This document shows positions 59,779 through 64,000 of a DNA stretch of 64,000 bases, piece after piece (within the stretch, counting starts at the first letter, position 1; each line of letters starts with the position of its first letter). The notes under the pieces were generated by a model. It saw only the letters and a program-made list of their open reading frames with translations, searched no databases and had not been told where the DNA came from. The stretch is from Candidatus Obscuribacteraceae bacterium. Lineage in GTDB: Bacteria > Cyanobacteriota > Vampirovibrionia > Obscuribacterales > Obscuribacteraceae. The position numbers were made by a program, and so were the translations under genes. Where the stretch lies: contig JBGASG010000010.1 in assembly GCA_044229845.1 (NCBI GenBank), positions 1 through 64,000 on the forward strand, written 5' to 3'.

Positions 59779-61071
59779 ATGTTGGCAATCAGGTTAATCG
59801 CCGTCGCCGTTCTGGCGTCCATGATTTTTTGTGCCGCAGCTCAGGCGGCGGGGTTGAGCGACGCTGATATCGCGCCTTTCGAGAAGCGTCTCAATTCCAA
59901 ATACCCGCTCAGCGAATCTCAGTTGCAGCAACTGGACGCGCTCATCAAGGCCCATCCGGATGAAGCATATTTGCATTACTTGCTGGCTCGCCATCAGAGG
60001 CGGTTGGGCTATACACAACTCGCCGACGAGACGGTCAATACTGCCCACAGCCGCCCGGACGCCTCCGGTCTCTTCAAAAAACTGATGGAGCAGCAGGTTG
60101 CCAATGCCGAGATCGACCGGGCGCTCAACGTCATGAAATATGCCAATCACTGGCACTCCAACAGCGATATCGGCATTGCCCTCACTGCTTTCTACTTTAA
60201 CGAGGAGGCGCTGGTCGCACCCGCTGACAAACAAGCGGAGTTGAAGCAGAAAGTAACTGTCGAAATTGCCCGCCTGGCATCGCACAAAGAGACCTGGCCG
60301 CCGGGCGTCGGCGGACTGCTGGGACACATAGAGTACACGCAAGGCAATGATGCACGGGCTATCGAATTCGCCGATATCGACTTGCGTAAAGACCAGCACT
60401 TGCAATTGGCCAACCAGGTGAAAGGGTTGGCTCTATTTCAGCAAGGAAACATGAAGGCATCTATACAGCCCCTGTCGGAAGTATTCGCCGCCAATCCCGA
60501 GAACGGGCGCACCACACCATCGTACGCCCAGGCTTTGATTGCCTGCGGACAAGACAAGCAAGCGCTGGCGCCCGCTTTCTATGCACTGACGCAAGCCAGC
60601 GACGCCGCGCAGCTCAAGGTCTTCGAGAAACGCCTGACGCGCCTTCTTTTGCGACTGGACGGACCGTTCGTCGATGCCACCATCAGCGATGTCACTCGCA
60701 GAGCCCGCTGGACGTCGCAGTTTTACACGTTTTATTTCGCACTCGCCGAAGCCTACGAACAGATACATAAGCCGGAGCAGGCACTGCGCTGCTACGCGCT
60801 GGCCTGCTCATACAACAAAGCGCCGACGACCGCGCTGTCCCGCATGGGCAGGCTGCACCAGAACGCCGGACGCTATAAAGAAGCGCACGACTGTTATGCC
60901 CTGTCGGCTCTCTCCAATCAGGAGAATATTTCGGCCAAGTTGGCCTTCAATCGCCTCGCAGACCGCCTCGCCAATCGCGATAATGACGTGGCCTGGCAGC
61001 TGCGCGACTGGCTGCGCCGCACGTTCTGTTTCACTGGAAAACGCGGTGCCCAGTCCTCAACACGTTCTTGA
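59779..61071 (+). CDS. Exported TPR protein (DVAxQ-tail family)
   Basis: GAGG RBS, signal peptide, TPRs, C-terminal RLANRDNDVAWQLRDWLRR. Confidence 0.82.
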   Translation: MLAIRLIAVAVLASMIFCAAAQAAGLSDADIAPFEKRLNSKYPLSESQLQQLDALIKAHPDEAYLHYLLARHQRRLGYTQLADETVNTAHSRPDASGLFKKLMEQQVANAEIDRALNVMKYANHWHSNSDIGIALTAFYFNEEALVAPADKQAELKQKVTVEIARLASHKETWPPGVGGLLGHIEYTQGNDARAIEFADIDLRKDQHLQLANQVKGLALFQQGNMKASIQPLSEVFAANPENGRTTPSYAQALIACGQDKQALAPAFYALTQASDAAQLKVFEKRLTRLLLRLDGPFVDATISDVTRRARWTSQFYTFYFALAEAYEQIHKPEQALRCYALACSYNKAPTTALSRMGRLHQNAGRYKEAHDCYALSALSNQENISAKLAFNRLADRLANRDNDVAWQLRDWLRRTFCFTGKRGAQSSTRS

Positions 61072-62281
61072 TCTGCCCCGCCACGTCGTTGTCTTGATTT
61101 TGCATGCGTATGTGCAGTCGGTCGCGCATCAAGCACAGCGCCCGATTGTCCGGCTCGAAGAGCAGCGCGTACTCGCAGGCTTGCAGGGCCTGCTGATAAT
61201 GCCCCAGGCGTGCTTCTTCGCGTGCGTACTCCATTTGGGCTTTGACATTGCGCGGCTGATCCTTGACCGCGGCAGTCAGTTCTTCCAGGACTCTTTTGCG
61301 ATCGCCCAGGCGCTGAAACACTCGCGCCAGTCCAATGTGCAAATCGCCGCCCCGATCACCGAAGTGGGCGGCGCGGCTGCCCTCTTCAATTTCACGGCGG
61401 CGCACCGCATCCGGCACCATCCTGTACAGGCGTGCCACAAGTTCCTGACGCTGCACATCTTCAGGTTTGATGGTCAGGTAGTAGAGAGATGTCTTGAACG
61501 CATCTTCCTTCATGCCCAGAGCCATATAGGTTCTGGTCAAATCGCCGGCCGCGCCGCGCTCGTAAGGACGGTTGAAGAACGCCTTCTGCAACGGACGTAA
61601 TGCTTCGGCATAACGGCGCAGGTGATAGAGACAACGCCCGGTAAGAGCTTGGAACTCGGGATCGCGCGGATCAATTGCGGCATCGGCTTCCGCATACCTC
61701 AGCGCTTCTGCATATTTCCCTTCGACCAGCAGTTGCCAGCCGCGTACTCCGTTGATGCCCTTCAGCCTCTGATGGTGCGCCACCGCTTGCAGGTACCAGG
61801 ACCAGCCATTTTCGACAGTCCCCCAGCGGGCTTTCAAAATCTCTTCCAGATTTTTGAGAGAGGGATCCTCCGGAAAGTTGGTGCTGATTTCCAGATACTG
61901 CTTCATTGCCAGTTCCAGATCGCCACTATTCATAGTGGCATGAAACTTCTCCAGACGGGCTTGCGCCGTGGCGACATCCAGGGCTTTAGCCGATCGATAG
62001 GTGTCGGTCGCCAGTTCGAACATGCCGGCGTTCTGCAAAGCCTGAGCGAGAACGAAACGAGCCCTGGCGCTTTGCGGCTGCTGGTCGACGAGTTGGCGGG
62101 CCTGATCTAATAACACGGGCGCAGGCTGTCCACCGCCCTTATCCAGCGTCTGCTCGAGCGCCTGCATTTCAACGTTTTTTTGCGCTTCCGCCTGAGCGCC
62201 CAAAGACGGCACAAATCCCAAGACCTGAATAAGCTGGAAAGCCAGGCAGACAGGCAGAACCGTTGCGACCTTGCGCGACAT
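61031..62281 (-). CDS. Exported TPR protein (DVAxQ-tail family)
   Basis: Signal peptide, TPRs, C-terminal RMQNQDNDVAGQIKNVLR. Confidence 0.82.
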   Translation of the reverse strand: MSRKVATVLPVCLAFQLIQVLGFVPSLGAQAEAQKNVEMQALEQTLDKGGGQPAPVLLDQARQLVDQQPQSARARFVLAQALQNAGMFELATDTYRSAKALDVATAQARLEKFHATMNSGDLELAMKQYLEISTNFPEDPSLKNLEEILKARWGTVENGWSWYLQAVAHHQRLKGINGVRGWQLLVEGKYAEALRYAEADAAIDPRDPEFQALTGRCLYHLRRYAEALRPLQKAFFNRPYERGAAGDLTRTYMALGMKEDAFKTSLYYLTIKPEDVQRQELVARLYRMVPDAVRRREIEEGSRAAHFGDRGGDLHIGLARVFQRLGDRKRVLEELTAAVKDQPRNVKAQMEYAREEARLGHYQQALQACEYALLFEPDNRALCLMRDRLHIRMQNQDNDVAGQIKNVLRTGHRVFQ

Positions 62282-62285
62282 TTAC

Positions 62286-62837
62286 CTACCGGGTCTGCGT
62301 GGTGCCTGACCGATTCAGATTGCTGTTGACGTTTCTGGACGCATTCGCGTCGTCATCTTGAGGTCGGCAGAATTTGTAGGCGATGTTCAAGCGATAGCGA
62401 TAGCCGACCAAATTCATGTTGTCGACAAAAACGTTGACTACGTTGCCATCTTTAGGTCTCATCGCATAGAGGCTGTTGTCGGTTTTTGGGCCCATCTTCC
62501 AACCATATTGCTTGAGCACCATTTCGTACCAGGCAATCACCGACGGTGGCGGCTCGTTGATCGCATACTCAAGGTGAACGGACTTTTGATTGTTCCGTCC
62601 GACTTCCCCTGAGCGTGCATACATGAACTTGCCGCTTGTGAAGTTAGGCAGATTGGGCAGGTCAGGCGGTTGCTGCATACGGCTGTACACAGCTTTGGCG
62701 CTATTTTGCTGGAGGACCTGCGTACCTTTGTCGCGATTCCTGTATTTGTTAGCCTTCGGCTGCTGTTGCGCGGCGCAGGGCAAGGCCAGGGTGACCAGCG
62801 CGATTAGCGCCAAGCCTTCCCGAAATTTCGGACGCAT
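62286..62837 (-). CDS. Small exported protein, paralog of 47191..47685
   Basis: GGAGG RBS, signal peptide, DLPNLP, VIAWYEMVLKQYGW. Confidence 0.75.
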   Translation of the reverse strand: MRPKFREGLALIALVTLALPCAAQQQPKANKYRNRDKGTQVLQQNSAKAVYSRMQQPPDLPNLPNFTSGKFMYARSGEVGRNNQKSVHLEYAINEPPPSVIAWYEMVLKQYGWKMGPKTDNSLYAMRPKDGNVVNVFVDNMNLVGYRYRLNIAYKFCRPQDDDANASRNVNSNLNRSGTTQTR

Positions 62838-62863
62838 ACTTTATCGGTCCTCCGTGCTCTGTT

Positions 62864-64000
62864 TTAGTTGGGGCAGCTGAATTGCGGCGATTGACCGAGG
62901 CTACCACCATTTCTAAAACTTACCACACGGTTTTGCAGTTTTACTTCACCAAGGATATTTCTGTAGCCGCAGCTGGGGGTGATGAGCGCGAGGTCTTCGG
63001 CGCTGCATTCACCAGATTGGCACTGGAACATACGCTCGTGAATACCAGCTTCGTGTCTGGGGTTGATAACTTCCATGGTATTGCCTTCCATCGTGTCGTA
63101 CTGCTGATAGAAGCGCCACTGGTTGTTAGGTCCGCCAGGTGTGCCGTCTGGAGCTTGGTTGCGCCAGCTGACCGGAGTCTGGTTGTTCAGTTGGTGCCCG
63201 AGTCTCGGGGTCGGTCTGCCTTGCGGATCGAGCGTGGTGTAGTCAACATAGAGGAAGTACGGCGTGTCGGAGAGCGGCAAGACGTTTTCGGCGACGTGGT
63301 GAGAGCTGCGACCGTTGCTATTGATCGGCCAACCAACGGCGTCATCGATTTTGTCAGGATCGACGGTCGGGCACATCTGGAACATGCGTTGACGTACAAA
63401 GTCGCGCATCTTGGAAGCGGCAGTATTGCCGTTGCTGCTGTAGGCGCCACTATTGCGTTCTTGAACTGTCGATGCAGCTTGATAAACCAGCTCGCAAAGC
63501 GTGCCGTCTTCGCTGATCTGACATCGTTGCAGGCTGCTGTTCTGTCTCCACGGACGTCCGACACCAGGCTCCAGCGGTTTCCACAGGCGCATGCCGGTGA
63601 CTGCAGGAATGGAGGTGTCGATGCCGCCCGGTGTGTTGAACTGGTCGACGACACGACATTTCACTTGCTCTAGCGCCATCAGGTTGTCTGACGGTCCGGC
63701 TGGTGTGGTGTACGGTCCGTCGCCCGAGAATGCTCTATCAAGAGCACCACTATCGAGCAAGTTACGGCAGGCCGGATCTTCGGATGGGAAGCCCTGACCT
63801 TGGATAGGTTGGTAGGTATTGCGGTCTGTGCATACGTTCGATGGAGCGCCGTTCGTGAGGCGAATGCCTTGCGCATCATTGATTGTGGCTGGGTTGCCGG
63901 AGGTCGTGTAGAGGTCGGTCAGTGGCGGCTGTTGCACGGCTGTCTGGTTAGGGTCGGCAGCCATCGCCCGGTTGTATCGATCCCAGTCTTCCAGAAGACC
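62864..64000 (-). CDS. C-terminal part of a large protein paralogous to 47679..49736 (5' end outside the window), ending in CPN
   Basis: Frame open to 64000; shares DNLMA.E..K..V, RM.QM.P, P..G..N.LG and terminal Q..CP with 47679..49736. Confidence 0.75.
   Translation of the reverse strand, partial: GLLEDWDRYNRAMAADPNQTAVQQPPLTDLYTTSGNPATINDAQGIRLTNGAPSNVCTDRNTYQPIQGQGFPSEDPACRNLLDSGALDRAFSGDGPYTTPAGPSDNLMALEQVKCRVVDQFNTPGGIDTSIPAVTGMRLWKPLEPGVGRPWRQNSSLQRCQISEDGTLCELVYQAASTVQERNSGAYSSNGNTAASKMRDFVRQRMFQMCPTVDPDKIDDAVGWPINSNGRSSHHVAENVLPLSDTPYFLYVDYTTLDPQGRPTPRLGHQLNNQTPVSWRNQAPDGTPGGPNNQWRFYQQYDTMEGNTMEVINPRHEAGIHERMFQCQSGECSAEDLALITPSCGYRNILGEVKLQNRVVSFRNGGSLGQSPQFSCPN

Overview
Chromosomal window, most likely from a non-photosynthetic cyanobacterial relative (Vampirovibrionia/Melainabacteria, Obscuribacterales-like). 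This is an inference from the cyanobacteria-type PurA C-terminus, the fused sugar-nucleotidyltransferase/PMM, futalosine-pathway mqnC, and the many TPR proteins, Ser/Thr kinases and TadE-like proteins. Housekeeping content: rlpA-like gene, GDP-mannose-type nucleotidyltransferase/GT4/gpsA cluster, complete kdpFABCDE between two paralogous Ser/Thr kinases, an APC transporter, oppABC, rpmG-tRNA-Trp-secE-nusG-rplK-rplA, mqnC, a DnaJ/CbpA protein, holB, purA and polA. The main signal is in the right half. A repeated cassette encodes a large TadG-like protein ending in CCPC/CPN, a small exported partner and a TPR protein. It sits among four TadE-like pseudopilins and five TPR paralogs that share a C-terminal R-x-x-N-x-x-x-D-V-A-[WG]-Q-[IL]-[KR] motif. 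Other unexplained features: a 32-bp perfect palindrome recurring 27 kb away, a structured RNA behind a near-consensus promoter upstream of purA, 11-bp-phased KdpE-like boxes in front of unannotated micropeptides, and two adjacent reading-frame lesions (holB and a TPR gene). No CRISPR array, rRNA or transposase was seen.
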